Shown here one piece after another: positions 28,843 through 39,341 of a stretch of 64,000 bases of DNA; positions within the stretch are counted from its first letter, which is position 1; each line of letters starts with the position of its first letter. The DNA lies in contig OY969706.1 in NCBI GenBank assembly GCA_963702095.1, positions 416,001 to 480,000 on the forward strand, written 5' to 3'. Position numbers and translations under genes: made by a program. This DNA comes from Candidatus Bathyarchaeota archaeon. GTDB taxonomy: Archaea > Thermoproteota > Bathyarchaeia > Bathyarchaeales > Bathycorpusculaceae. The notes beneath the pieces are model-generated. The model made no database searches. It saw only the letters and a program-made list of their open reading frames with translations, and was not told the DNA's origin.

Positions 28843-29270
28843 AAGAAATGAATTGCCCCAGATGTGGAAGCATAAATCCTGAAGGTGCAGGTTTCTGCAC
28901 AAAATGCGGCACCTCACTCGCTTCAAACTCGCAGTTCCTAATCGTAACTACCCCGACGGTTGCAGGCTACAAAATCAAGAAGGTCTTCGGCGTCGTCACA
29001 GGCATGACTCCGCGGACACGGGGCATCCTTGGCCAGTTTGTGGGGGGATTGGAATCTATGGTTGGCGGTGAAGTCACGGCTTTTTCCTCTGAGATGGAGA
29101 AGGCACGTTGGGAAGCCATCGACCGCGTCAAAGCGCGAGCCGCCGCTTTGGGGGCAAACGCCATCATCGGGTTAGACGTGGAGACTTCAAGTATAGGGCA
29201 ATCTAACATTGTGTTGTTTTCGGCGACTGGAACCGCTGTATTGATTGAACCTGAAGTTTCTGAGGCGTAG
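28839..29270 (+). CDS. Zinc-ribbon + YbjQ/UPF0145 domain protein
   Basis: CPRCG..N....FC.KCG; IVTTP.V.GY.I, VGGEV, LGANAIIG, ATGTAV. Confidence 0.9.
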   Translation: MKEMNCPRCGSINPEGAGFCTKCGTSLASNSQFLIVTTPTVAGYKIKKVFGVVTGMTPRTRGILGQFVGGLESMVGGEVTAFSSEMEKARWEAIDRVKARAAALGANAIIGLDVETSSIGQSNIVLFSATGTAVLIEPEVSEA

Positions 29271-30822
29271 CTGTTTATTGGACGGGCAGTCGGTGCATAA
29301 GCGTTTGGATTATTCGTGTGTTGCGCTTCAGGGATTGCTTGAGGTAAATGCAAAAAAAGCCCCAGATGACATAGCTGTTGTTTTTGGCGATACAGCCTAT
29401 TCTTATTCGGAATTGGATTCGTTGTGTAATCGATTCGCGAATGCCCTGATTGGGTTAGGCATAGCAAAAGGCGACCGCGTGGCTCTTTACCTGCCCAACA
29501 TTCCCCAGTTCATAATCGCCTACTTCGGAGCCCTCAAAGCAGGCGCAGTCGTGACGGCGCTCAGTCCGCTGCATCGGGAGCGCGAAGTTGCATTTCAACT
29601 CAGCGATTCAGGAGCCCAAACCCTCGTAACCTTGGACACGCTGTGCCCTGTTGTGGAGAAAGTCAAGGAAAAAGTATCAATCAAACATGTCATCGTCACT
29701 GGCTTAGATGAATGCGGCTTCCCAAAGTTACTCAAAGACAGCTCAAGCCGCAATCCCAACATCCCAATCGATCCAACAGAAGATTCGGCGGCGTTGCAAT
29801 ACACCGGTGGCACCACAGGCACACCCAAAGCAGCTATGTTAACCCACCGCAACCTCGTCTCAAACGCCTACGCCTTCGCCGTAGCCATAGAGGGAACACC
29901 GCAAGATGTCTTCCTTACGGCGTTGCCGCTTTTCCACATCTACGGCATGACAACCAGCCTAACCGTGCCAGCCAGTTTAGGGGCGAAGATGGTGTTGTTG
30001 TCCAAGTTTGAAGCGGCCAAAGCCTGCCAAGCCATCCGGCAGCATAAAGTCACCGTCTTCTGCGGTGTCCCAACCATGTACCAGATGCTCCTAGCTAACT
30101 CCGACATAGCCAACTACGATTTGAGGTCGATTCGGGTGTGCATTTCGGGTGCTTCGCCGCTTCGGCCAATGGTGCAGAAACAGTTCATGTTGGTTACGGG
30201 TGGGTTGTTGGCGGAGGGGTATGGGTTGACTGAGGCGTCGCCTGTTACGCATTGCAGCCCAGTCGAGGGGGCGCGGGTGAGGGTGGGTTCGATTGGAGTG
30301 CCACTGCCCAATACAGATGCGCGCATTGTGGATTTAGAAACTGGGCATAGAACGCTTGGGGTGGGTGAGGTTGGAGAGTTGGCTGTTAGGGGACCGCAGG
30401 TTATGAAGGGCTACTGGAACCACCCCGAGGAAACCGCTTTGGTGCTCCGTGGTGGGTGGCTTTTGACAGGTGACATCGCCCGCGTAGACGGCGACGGCTA
30501 CTATTACATTGTCGACCGCAAAAAAGACCTCATCAAACACAAAGGCTACAGCATATACCCCCGAGAACTCGAAGACATCCTCTACGAACACCCCGCAGTA
30601 AAACTCTGCGCAGTGGTGGGTAAACCTGATGTGGCAGCGGGTGAGGTGCCAGTGGCGTTTGTAGTGCTCAAGGACGGCGCCCAAGTCTCCGAAGCGGATT
30701 TGAAGGAGTTTGTTAATGGCAAAGTTGCAGCTTACAAATCCCTAAGAGCAGTCTGTCTTTTGGGCGATTTGCCGTTGAATGCAGCAGGTAAAGTGCAAAA
30801 ACGCATACTTAGAGCGCTTTAA
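29245..30822 (+). CDS. Long-chain fatty-acid--CoA ligase (ANL superfamily)
   Basis: YTGGTTGTPK, EGYGLTE, TGD, DRKKD, GKV; start uncertain. Confidence 0.92.
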   Translation: MNLKFLRRSCLLDGQSVHKRLDYSCVALQGLLEVNAKKAPDDIAVVFGDTAYSYSELDSLCNRFANALIGLGIAKGDRVALYLPNIPQFIIAYFGALKAGAVVTALSPLHREREVAFQLSDSGAQTLVTLDTLCPVVEKVKEKVSIKHVIVTGLDECGFPKLLKDSSSRNPNIPIDPTEDSAALQYTGGTTGTPKAAMLTHRNLVSNAYAFAVAIEGTPQDVFLTALPLFHIYGMTTSLTVPASLGAKMVLLSKFEAAKACQAIRQHKVTVFCGVPTMYQMLLANSDIANYDLRSIRVCISGASPLRPMVQKQFMLVTGGLLAEGYGLTEASPVTHCSPVEGARVRVGSIGVPLPNTDARIVDLETGHRTLGVGEVGELAVRGPQVMKGYWNHPEETALVLRGGWLLTGDIARVDGDGYYYIVDRKKDLIKHKGYSIYPRELEDILYEHPAVKLCAVVGKPDVAAGEVPVAFVVLKDGAQVSEADLKEFVNGKVAAYKSLRAVCLLGDLPLNAAGKVQKRILRAL

Positions 30823-31445
30823 CAGGCAGGTTTTTGGGTGCTAAGAGCGTTCCAAGCCGAGTCTTTCTTTCTAAAAACCTCAACCTCCACAAACCCCGCC
30901 GACCGCAGCATTTCGCATATTTCGTCAAGCCCAAAAAGGTGCACATGAGCTTTTCTTATCGTTTCGGCTTTTTTTATTTCATAGACGCCGTCTTTAACCA
31001 TCTCGTTAATCATCAGCAGTTTGCCTTTTGGCTTAAGCACCCGTATTATCTCTTTGAAAGCAGTGGATAAGCTGGGCCAGAAATAGTATGTTTCAACAGC
31101 CGTCACCAAATCAAAAAAGTCGCTTGGAAACCCTGTTTTTCCAACTGAGGCTTCAACGATTTCCACCCTGTTCTGCTCGACGAATTTCCTGTTAACCTTT
31201 TTGGCGTACGCCACCATGTCGGCTGAGTAATCAACGCCGTAGACTTTTCCCTGCGGCACCTGTTGGGCTAAGCGGTTGACGGTTTTGCCGCCTCCACATC
31301 CTAAATCCAAAATCGTAAAGTTCGGTTGGAGGGTTGCATATGTGAGTCCCCAAGTTGTAAGCGCCCAATGCTCCCTATTCATTACTGACGCGACGATTCT
31401 ACCTTGAAGCCCAGTTGGGCGTCGGAACTGATCCATTAAACCCAT
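30819..31445 (-). CDS. Class I SAM-dependent methyltransferase
   Basis: ILDLGCGGG, GVDYS, RVLKP.G. Confidence 0.92.
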   Translation of the reverse strand: MGLMDQFRRPTGLQGRIVASVMNREHWALTTWGLTYATLQPNFTILDLGCGGGKTVNRLAQQVPQGKVYGVDYSADMVAYAKKVNRKFVEQNRVEIVEASVGKTGFPSDFFDLVTAVETYYFWPSLSTAFKEIIRVLKPKGKLLMINEMVKDGVYEIKKAETIRKAHVHLFGLDEICEMLRSAGFVEVEVFRKKDSAWNALSTQKPAC

Positions 31446-31503
31446 GCCTTATTTAACGTGCAAAGTACCTATTATCCCATCCCACCAAGTAAAGTCAAAA
31501 AGG

Positions 31504-31716
31504 CTACTCTTTTTTGAGCAGTTTCAGCACCAGTTTTTCGCCGAGCCAACCCAAACCCAGAAACACACAGAACGGCCCCAAAAACAAGCCGAAGACGATT
31601 TCGTTGTTGGTTGTTGCCGCTTTGCCTAAGATGTCTGGGAACAGGACGATGCCAGCGATGATTACGCAGACGGTGAGTATGAATGCAACGGTAAAGGTTA
31701 AGGGCTTCATTTTCAA
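31504..31716 (-). CDS. Small two-TM protein
   Basis: Two hydrophobic helices. Confidence 0.55.
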   Translation of the reverse strand: MKMKPLTFTVAFILTVCVIIAGIVLFPDILGKAATTNNEIVFGLFLGPFCVFLGLGWLGEKLVLKLLKKE

Positions 31717-31770
31717 ACATTCCTTGAATGAGCCTTCTTTGTTTTAAAGCTTCCCAACATAACCCTAGAA

Positions 31771-34098
31771 ATGTATAAGAGAAAACTTGACGCAGAAATA
31801 AGTAAGGTTTGGTCTTTGCGGGTTAAACTCCTAATTTCAGGCATTGTTCAAGGCGTCGGTTTCCGTCCCTTCATCTACCGCACCGCCGTTAAGCATGGTT
31901 TGGTGGGGTATGTTCGCAACAGGGGCGACGCTGGCGTCGAAGTGCTCTTGGAAGGCACCGCACAGGGTATCGAGGGGTTCCTGGTGGATTCGGCTGCACA
32001 GAAGCCGCCGCTGGCAAGAATAGACAAAATTCAAAAAAGCCAGTTAACGGGCAAACCCCAGTATATCCAGTTCACCATAATCAAGAGCTCGCAGGAAGCA
32101 GAAAATTCAGGCTCAATCATACCCCCAGACATCGCCATCTGCAACCAATGCCTCAAAGAACTCCGCGACCCCAACAACCCACGCTTCGACTACTTCTTCA
32201 TCACCTGCACCGACTGCGGCCCACGCTTCACCATCATCGAGCGACTGCCCTACGACCGAGAAAACACTACCATGCGTGAGTTTCCAATCTGCGGTTTTTG
32301 TGGGCGCGAATACGAGGACCCGGCGAACCGTCGTTTCCATGCGCAGACGGTGGCGTGCCCAACTTGTGGACCCAAAGCCTTCCTGACAACTAACCGCGGA
32401 GAACCTGTAGGCGCCGTTGACCCTGTGCGGTTGGCGGGGAAACTGCTCTCTGAAGGCAAAATCTTAGCCGTCAAAGGGTATGGTGGATTCCACATAGCCG
32501 CTTCCACCACGCTTGAGAAGCCGCTTTCTAGGCTACGGGAAACTAAGCATCGCCGCGAAAAACCCTTTGCAATAATGGCTAGAAGCTTTGAGGCGGCAAA
32601 AACTTTCGGCGAAGTAAGTCCCAAAGAGCAGGATCTACTGACTTCTCCACAGCGCCCCATCGTCCTGTTAAACAAAAACCAAGACTACAGCCTCTCTCCG
32701 ATGGTTGCGCCCAACCTGCACAACGTCGGTGTCATGCTGCCCTACACGGCGCTGCATTACATGCTCTTCGACCAAGTCGAGGACTCAGCCTTTGTGATGA
32801 CTAGCGCCAATCCCGCCAGCGAACCCATCGTAAAAGACAACGAAGCAGCAATCAAAATCCTAGGCGGCACCGTCGACTATTTCCTTTTTCACAACCGCAA
32901 AATCGCCCACCGATGCGACGACAGCGTCATGCGCGTCCACGGTAGTCACCCTGTGTTTATCCGCAGAAGCCGCGGTTACGCCCCAGCTCCAATCCGCCTA
33001 AAACACAGAACCAAACACAGCATCGTCGCTTTAGGCGGCGAACTCAACAATACCTCTACTGTACTCTATGATGATAAAGCCTTCATCAGTCAACACATCG
33101 GCGACGTAGAAAACATCGAAACAGAAAACTTCCTCCGCCAAGCCACCAACCACCTCCAGCACCTCACAAACACCCATGCAGAAGCATTCGCCTGCGATTT
33201 GCACCCCAAATTCAATACCACCCGACTCGCAAAAGAAATGGCTCAGCAGAATGGGTTGCCCTTTGTTCAGGTGCAGCATCACCATGCCCATGCGGCGGCG
33301 TTGATGGCGGAACACGGCTTAGACGATGTAGTGGCGGTAGTCTGTGACGGCTACGGCTACGGTTTAGGCGGCGAAGCATGGGGCGGCGAAATCCTCCACT
33401 GCACCGCAGAATCGGCGGAGTTTCGGCGGGTGGGGCATTTGGAGGCTCAGCCCCTTTTGGGCGGCGACTTAGCCAGCCGGTATCCGCTGCGTATCGCAGC
33501 TGGTATGCTTCAGAAAGCAGGCGTTAACATAGAGGCTTGGCTTAGCAAAAATTTTGAGCACCTGCCCCATGGCGCAACAGAAGCCCAGCTAATAGTGGAG
33601 CAGCTTAAAACTGGCATGGGAACCATTGAAACCACCAGTTGTGGACGCGTTTTGGATGCGGTTGCAGCCTTGTTGGGCGTCTGTTTTGAACGCAGCTACG
33701 AGGGGGAACCCGCCATGAAACTTGAGTCAGCGGCAATGCAGGGCGAGGACGCGTTAGCCCTAAAACCCCTGTTCAAAGGCGACGTTTTAGAGACTGCAAA
33801 CCTTATCAGATCAATTTATGACACTTCAGGCAGGGCTTCCACGGCGGATTTGGCGTATTCAACTCACGTTTATCTCGCCTGTGGCTTAGCAGAGTTAGCT
33901 ATCCAAAAAGCCGTTGCAGAGGGCACGGTAAACGTGGGTTTCACAGGCGGTGCAGCATGCAACCAAATCCTCGCCCAGACCATCCGCCAAATGGTCGAAG
34001 CCGAAGGCCTGCGGTTCTTTGTGCATGAATCTGTACCGGCAGGCGATGGAGGAGTCTCGTTCGGACAGGCAGTTGTAGCATCAAAATCTGTTTTTTAG
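31771..34098 (+). CDS. hypF: [NiFe]-hydrogenase carbamoyltransferase HypF
   Basis: GIVQGVGFRPF acylphosphatase domain, CxxC zinc fingers, QHHHAH, DGGVSFGQ. Confidence 0.97.
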   Translation: MYKRKLDAEISKVWSLRVKLLISGIVQGVGFRPFIYRTAVKHGLVGYVRNRGDAGVEVLLEGTAQGIEGFLVDSAAQKPPLARIDKIQKSQLTGKPQYIQFTIIKSSQEAENSGSIIPPDIAICNQCLKELRDPNNPRFDYFFITCTDCGPRFTIIERLPYDRENTTMREFPICGFCGREYEDPANRRFHAQTVACPTCGPKAFLTTNRGEPVGAVDPVRLAGKLLSEGKILAVKGYGGFHIAASTTLEKPLSRLRETKHRREKPFAIMARSFEAAKTFGEVSPKEQDLLTSPQRPIVLLNKNQDYSLSPMVAPNLHNVGVMLPYTALHYMLFDQVEDSAFVMTSANPASEPIVKDNEAAIKILGGTVDYFLFHNRKIAHRCDDSVMRVHGSHPVFIRRSRGYAPAPIRLKHRTKHSIVALGGELNNTSTVLYDDKAFISQHIGDVENIETENFLRQATNHLQHLTNTHAEAFACDLHPKFNTTRLAKEMAQQNGLPFVQVQHHHAHAAALMAEHGLDDVVAVVCDGYGYGLGGEAWGGEILHCTAESAEFRRVGHLEAQPLLGGDLASRYPLRIAAGMLQKAGVNIEAWLSKNFEHLPHGATEAQLIVEQLKTGMGTIETTSCGRVLDAVAALLGVCFERSYEGEPAMKLESAAMQGEDALALKPLFKGDVLETANLIRSIYDTSGRASTADLAYSTHVYLACGLAELAIQKAVAEGTVNVGFTGGAACNQILAQTIRQMVEAEGLRFFVHESVPAGDGGVSFGQAVVASKSVF

Positions 34099-34149
34099 AC
34101 CAATCTGTTTTTATCGCGCTTCAAACCATTTTCTGGGTATCTGATGCTT

Positions 34150-34377
34150 ATGTGTTTAGCTATTCCAGCCAAAATCATGTCATTATCAGGCGAAAAAGCC
34201 CAGGTTGACTTCGGACAGGGCGTTTTGCGCGAAGTTAATGTGTCGCTTGTGGAGGCTAAACTGGGCAATTACGTGCTGGTCCACGCTGGCTACGCGATCC
34301 AGGTTCTTGAAGAGAAAGAGGCACTTGAAACCCTTAGCCTCTGGAAAGACGTGTTAGCTTCCGCCGGCGAGGAATAG
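34150..34377 (+). CDS. hypC: Hydrogenase maturation chaperone HypC
   Basis: MCLAIP, VLVHAGYAI. Confidence 0.97.
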   Translation: MCLAIPAKIMSLSGEKAQVDFGQGVLREVNVSLVEAKLGNYVLVHAGYAIQVLEEKEALETLSLWKDVLASAGEE

Positions 34378-34379
34378 GC

Positions 34380-35471
34380 ATGTCGGAGAATCTCCGCTTC
34401 AGAAACCCAGAAGTTGCTTATAGTATTGCCCAAAAAATACGCGCAGTCGCACCCAAAACTGGGCAAATCAAAATCTGCCATGTCTGCGGAACCCACGAGT
34501 GGACGATAACTCATTTTGGATTACGCAGCCTTCTGCCCCCAAACGTTGAGGTGATTGCTGGACCAGGATGCCCCGTCTGCATTGTTCCCGCCGCAGAAGT
34601 CGATGAAGCCGTCTCTTTGGCGAAACAGGGTAAAGTACTAACATGCTTCGGCGACCTGTTGCGTGTGCCAGGCAGTGAATCCTCGCTTATAGACGCCAAA
34701 GCCGCCGGCGCAGACGTCCGAATCGTCTATGCACTTTCAGACGCGGTGGAAATGGCTAAAAAGGAACCGGAAAAAGACTTTGTGTTCCATGCTGTCGGCT
34801 TCGAAACCACTGCACCCATCACCGCGGTTGAGGCACTGGGCGATTTACCCAAAAACTTCAGTTTCCTTGTTTCTCACCGCCTGATTCCGCCTGCTATGGA
34901 GTTGCTTTTGGGCGTGGAGGGTTTGCAAATTGACGGGTTTATTGCGCCGGGGCACGTGAGCGCCATAATCGGCACCAAACCCTATGAATTATTCACCGAT
35001 GTCTACCGTATGCCCACTGTTGTTGCGGGGTTTGAACCCAATGACGTGTTAATGTCCATCTACTTGATTCTCAAACAATGCAGCGTCGGTGACGCTAAAC
35101 TGGAAAACGAGTACTCCAGAGTGGTTAATCCTGAGGGCAACAGAAAAGCCTTGGAGATGATGCGCCGAGCCTTCGATGTTGCTGATGGAAACTGGCGGGG
35201 CATCGGCAAGCTAGCCAACTCAGCCCTGCAGCTCAAGTCCTCCCTAGCAGATTATGATGCATGCAAAAAATATGGCCTCAAACCCCAAGAGGGCAAAGAC
35301 ATCCACACCGGCTGCCAATGCCACCAAGTCATAGTCGGCAAAATCAAACCCGATCAGTGCCCACTGTTCCTGTCCGCCTGCACCCCAGCTAAACCCGTGG
35401 GCGCCTGCATGGTTAGCAGCGAAGGCACCTGCCGGGTCTGGGCAAAAAACGCATCCGCAAATGCCCTCTAA
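34380..35471 (+). CDS. hypD: Hydrogenase maturation protein HypD
   Basis: CGTH, GPGCPVC, GFETT, PGHVS, GACMVS.EG.C. Confidence 0.97.
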   Translation: MSENLRFRNPEVAYSIAQKIRAVAPKTGQIKICHVCGTHEWTITHFGLRSLLPPNVEVIAGPGCPVCIVPAAEVDEAVSLAKQGKVLTCFGDLLRVPGSESSLIDAKAAGADVRIVYALSDAVEMAKKEPEKDFVFHAVGFETTAPITAVEALGDLPKNFSFLVSHRLIPPAMELLLGVEGLQIDGFIAPGHVSAIIGTKPYELFTDVYRMPTVVAGFEPNDVLMSIYLILKQCSVGDAKLENEYSRVVNPEGNRKALEMMRRAFDVADGNWRGIGKLANSALQLKSSLADYDACKKYGLKPQEGKDIHTGCQCHQVIVGKIKPDQCPLFLSACTPAKPVGACMVSSEGTCRVWAKNASANAL

Positions 35472-35498
35472 AAAATGACTTAGCGCTTAGCTTGTGCT

Positions 35499-35939
35499 TT
35501 ACCAGAAGCCGCCTTTAGACGAAACTGTAACGGTAGCCTCCAACGAGCCGGCTCCGATTAATCTGAAAGTCAAATTGTAGCTTCCAGAGGCTAAATCTAT
35601 CCAGTCGCTGGTGTAGCTTTGCTGTCCGCCCTGTGCAGCGGTATGTTCCCATACGACTTGGTCACCGCTTAAGATTTGGGCTTGCCAAACTGCAACGCCG
35701 CTCTGAACAGCTACTGTAACCTGAGCTTTATCGTCTAGAAAAGGCTGGTCAAACGATGCAGTCTGGGAATCTACGCCTGCTGAGAAAGAAACTGGAATAT
35801 CAACGGTTGTTCTGGGGTAAGTTAAACCAAGGTAAACTGCGAACCCTGCAATTACGATAATCACAATAACTACTGTCGCTACAATTGATCTTCTCACAAA
35901 CAAAACTCCTTTAGGCAAAAGTAGGTAACGCATTTCCAT
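35499..35939 (-). CDS. Membrane-anchored beta-sandwich hypothetical protein
   Basis: N-terminal TM; L.SGSY.L pattern. Confidence 0.65.
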   Translation of the reverse strand: MEMRYLLLPKGVLFVRRSIVATVVIVIIVIAGFAVYLGLTYPRTTVDIPVSFSAGVDSQTASFDQPFLDDKAQVTVAVQSGVAVWQAQILSGDQVVWEHTAAQGGQQSYTSDWIDLASGSYNLTFRLIGAGSLEATVTVSSKGGFW

Positions 35940-36027
35940 ATAATCGTTTGTGGGCGCACCTTGTTATAATTTAGATTTACAACCAAGATCGTTTGCTGAT
36001 AGAGCAATGGCCTGTTAGTTGATGGCT

Positions 36028-36648
36028 TCAGGTTGGGTGGGTTTTTTCCCATAAGCGTCTGAAGTTTGGCAATAGGAGCGTCAGCAGCCATAATATTATT
36101 CTTACAGGCACCACTATGCTGCTTGTTATGGTTATGGTCCAGCTCCAAAAGATCGGTATCGTCGAAATAAAGAACAAAGCTGAACTTATTAGGAACGTGT
36201 TTCGTCTGAGTTTGAATTCTCGGAGATTCTCTTTTGTATAGTGTTTATCGGTGACTATGGCGTTGGCAAAGATGCTTTGTATGAGGAATAAACAGCCTAA
36301 ATCAATCGCGTAGAGTATAGAGACATCTTCTACGAGTTGTGCGTTTGTTCCGAACAGTTGGTTGAATAGGTAAGGTTCAATCGAGACCAGAAACAGCAAC
36401 AGAACATTAGCCGCAACCAAGCCGCCTGTTTCAAAATGCAACAGCGCCATGGTGCGTGTGTAGCCATACCAAACGCTGATTAAGATTATGAAGCTAAAAG
36501 CATAGAAAAGAATGAATTGGATCAGTTGCCCCGCATTGTCCGGCGGTTGCCCGATCAATGTTAAGGCACCAATGGAGAGCGCTAAGCCAAAGATTAAGTC
36601 AGAAAGTGTTTCGATTCGGGGTTTGCGTATGGGTCGGTCTTCAGCCAT
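36028..36648 (-). CDS. TMEM175/DUF1211 family potassium-channel-like protein
   Basis: RIETLSDLIFGLALSI resembles the TM1 motif R.E.FSD..F; six TM helices. Confidence 0.82.
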   Translation of the reverse strand: MAEDRPIRKPRIETLSDLIFGLALSIGALTLIGQPPDNAGQLIQFILFYAFSFIILISVWYGYTRTMALLHFETGGLVAANVLLLFLVSIEPYLFNQLFGTNAQLVEDVSILYAIDLGCLFLIQSIFANAIVTDKHYTKENLREFKLRRNTFLISSALFFISTIPIFWSWTITITSSIVVPVRIILWLLTLLLPNFRRLWEKTHPT

Positions 36649-36758
36649 AAGTTGCGCCTAACTGGCTAACTAGGGCTAATGAGTGTTAATAACTCTTAAA
36701 CGTTGAGACCTAAAAAAGGAAAAACTAAATAGAAATGGGTTGAAAATATTTTGGGTGC

Positions 36759-36935
36759 TTATCTTATTGCTTCGTCGATTCGCTGGTTCCGTTTGGTGCT
36801 GGTAACTTCTTTGAAGAGCTCCAAGCACTCTTCTTTTGTTGGCGCTTCAATGCATATGCTGCCATATGCACCTATGTCGATTCGGTAGTTTTTTTCTCCT
36901 CTGTCTCTTCTCTCTAATTCTTCGATTTGAGCCAT
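36759..36935 (-). CDS. Small hypothetical protein
   Basis: GAGGGGAG SD-like sequence before the ATG; T-tract after the stop. Confidence 0.55.
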   Translation of the reverse strand: MAQIEELERRDRGEKNYRIDIGAYGSICIEAPTKEECLELFKEVTSTKRNQRIDEAIR

Positions 36936-37262
36936 ATTGTTCTCCCCTCTCCAAATAAGATTATACATACATGTGCACCACAGGTTATATTCTTAGTGTC
37001 GTTTCAGCGTTTTAGAAACTAAAGCGATAACTTGGCTGCTATTTTTCTTTGTGAATGATAAATTTTTGCAAGTAGAAAGTAGCTTAAACGCAGATAAGGG
37101 AAATTCAGGAAGAGAGAGGGGAAACACCTGCGTTTAAGCTGACTTTATTATACTATTCGCCTTCGCAGCATAAATAATAATGTGACTGCACCCTCACAGC
37201 AACAAAAAGTCATGTTTTAAATCCGATTTTTTCGACTGCACAGTTTTTTGTCAAGTTCGATA

Positions 37263-37446
37263 AGCTTTTTTCTCTTTATGCGAGTGTGGCGGTTTTAACT
37301 GTGCCGCAAGACTGCAAGTGGGGCGGTTGCTTTAGGCTGTATGACTGTTTTCCTGCCTCTGTTTCGGTGTGAAAACCCGTTTTTCAGACACACGGTACAT
37401 GACTCCATGTGAAGCAGTCAGGATGTGAATGTGGATCCATGCATCA
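37263..37446 (-). repeat. Dispersed intergenic repeat family A, copy 4
   Basis: TCTCTTTATG.G.GTGTGGCGGTTT....GTGCC.CAAGAC.GCAAGTG..GCGGTTGCTTT...CTGTTTCGGTGTG...CATG.CTCCATGT matches the reverse complement of the 55484 copy. Confidence 0.85.
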
Positions 37447-37501
37447 ACCGAATACCCACGAACCTAATTGTCTCAATTGGTTCCATGCTCCTGTGTGGGC
37501 T

Positions 37502-38566
37502 CTAGCAGATTCTTGGCACGGGGTCACCGACGGGGCGAGCTATGATACGTTTTCCGCCGACCGCCGTCTGCATCGCAACACCCCTGAACACAGCGGTGGC
37601 TTCACCGATTATTTGCGCCTCTTTACCCTGGGGGGTTTGCCGCAGAAACTCTAGTACCTCCTCAGCTTTGCCCGGAACGACGCCGATAATGAGTTTGCCT
37701 TCGTTGCCGATTTCGAGTGGATCCAGACCAAGCATTTCGCAGGCGGTCTGGACGTCTGGGTGGATTGGGATTTTGTTTTCCTGGGTTAGGATGCCGACTT
37801 TGGATTTTTCGGTCCACTCGTTTAGGGCGTCGGCTAATCCGCCGCGGGTGGGGTCTTTCATTGCGACGACTCCGCCCACTTCGCCCAGCAGTGCCTGTAC
37901 CATGCGGTTAAGCGGTTTCACGTCGGATTTGATATCGCTGCCAAACTTGAGGCCCTGCTGTGCAGAGAGAACTGCAACGCCGTGATCGCCGATGGCGCCG
38001 CTTAGTATGATTTTGTCGCCTACTGTCAAGTTCGAGTCCAGGGTCCAGCGGGCGTTTAGCATCCGAGTTTTCCCTACAACCGCCAAGTTACTTTCCAATG
38101 CGGGGGTGCGTTTGCCGATGCCTGAAACATTCATTACGCAGCCGCCTAACGCGCCTTTCTCAACGACTTTGGTGTCGCCGGTGACTATGCCCACGTCTGC
38201 TTCAAGGCAGGCTGTTCTCATACTGCCCAGTATGCGTTCTAAATCTGAAATTGGCAAACCCTCCTCCAAAATCAAGCCGCAAGCCAACGCGAACGGTTGG
38301 GCGCCTAAGCAGCTGATGTCGTTGACGGTGCCTGAGATGGCGATGCGTCCGATGTCTCCGCCGGGGAAAAATATGGGTTTTACCGCGTGTGAGTCGCTTT
38401 TGAAGACTATGTCGCCTACGACTGCTGCATCATCCATGGCTTCTATGGGGACTTCTGCGTTGCCTATGCCGCCGAAGGCTTTGACAATATAGTTTTTGAC
38501 GAGGTCATGCATGACTGTGCCGCCTGCGCCATGTAGCATAGTGATTTTCTCATCTTTGGACGCCAT
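37502..38566 (-). CDS. hypE: Hydrogenase maturation carbamoyl dehydratase HypE
   Basis: HGAGG, FFPGGDIG, GDTKVV, DPTRGG, C-terminal PRIC. Confidence 0.97.
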   Translation of the reverse strand: MASKDEKITMLHGAGGTVMHDLVKNYIVKAFGGIGNAEVPIEAMDDAAVVGDIVFKSDSHAVKPIFFPGGDIGRIAISGTVNDISCLGAQPFALACGLILEEGLPISDLERILGSMRTACLEADVGIVTGDTKVVEKGALGGCVMNVSGIGKRTPALESNLAVVGKTRMLNARWTLDSNLTVGDKIILSGAIGDHGVAVLSAQQGLKFGSDIKSDVKPLNRMVQALLGEVGGVVAMKDPTRGGLADALNEWTEKSKVGILTQENKIPIHPDVQTACEMLGLDPLEIGNEGKLIIGVVPGKAEEVLEFLRQTPQGKEAQIIGEATAVFRGVAMQTAVGGKRIIARPVGDPVPRIC

Positions 38567-38719
38567 TGAAGTTGCTTCCTGATTATAATAGACTGTTCTC
38601 TCTTTAAAGATAAACATTAACAAATCTTAGGCCGAAAAGTTGACGCGTTTTTTACTCAGCCCATAGTTTTATACCCCACAACCAAGAGATAATACCGCAA
38701 GGTATTGAGGGACAAGAGA

Positions 38720-39169
38720 ATGGCTAATCAGCAAGCAAGTAATCCGCCGAGTGCAGCCTACTATTTGACTTTAATCGGCGGCATACTGGGCATAATCGTC
38801 GGCGCGTTTCTCCTGTTAATCGTAATTGGAGTTTGGCTTATAATCGCTAACGTTTTACTGGTTGTTTTTGCTCAGAGTCTCATGGCGCATCCGGAGGAAC
38901 ACTCAAAATACGGTACCCTAATCATAGTCTTCTCGATACTTAGCGGAATAAACATATTAGCCCTAATTGGCGGCGTCCTCGCACTCACCTATCAACGGGC
39001 GCCAGCTGCTCCGGCACAGCCCTACCAAACATATGCACCCCCGACATATGCACCACCCTCCACTCAGCCAATAACTTACGCAACAACTAAGTATTGTACC
39101 CAATGTGGTAACCCAGTCGGCGGAGAAGCCCAGTACTGCCCAAAATGCGGCAAAAAACTCTCTCCCTAA
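38720..39169 (+). CDS. Membrane protein with Pro-rich linker and C-terminal zinc ribbon
   Basis: TM helices, YAPPTYAPP, CTQCG...CPKCG. Confidence 0.8.
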   Translation: MANQQASNPPSAAYYLTLIGGILGIIVGAFLLLIVIGVWLIIANVLLVVFAQSLMAHPEEHSKYGTLIIVFSILSGINILALIGGVLALTYQRAPAAPAQPYQTYAPPTYAPPSTQPITYATTKYCTQCGNPVGGEAQYCPKCGKKLSP

Positions 39170-39173
39170 CCAC

Positions 39174-39310
39174 TTTTTTCTATTGTTAGAAGAAGAGAAT
39201 CTCGCCCTTACTCAACATCTTCTCGGGGGCTTGGCGGCAGTTTGTATTTTGGCTTTAGGTTGCGTAGTGGGTTGCAGGCGGGTTGTGACGAAATCTACAA
39301 GCAGAGCAAA
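39174..39310 (+). repeat. Dispersed intergenic repeat family B, copy 2
   Basis: TTTTTTCTATTGTTAGAAGAAGAGAATCTCGCCCTTAC.CAAC...TTGCAGGC.GGTTGTG.CG.AATCTACAAGCAGA. Confidence 0.8.
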
Positions 39311-39341
39311 TGCAAAACAAACTTTTTTGAATGATGTTAAC

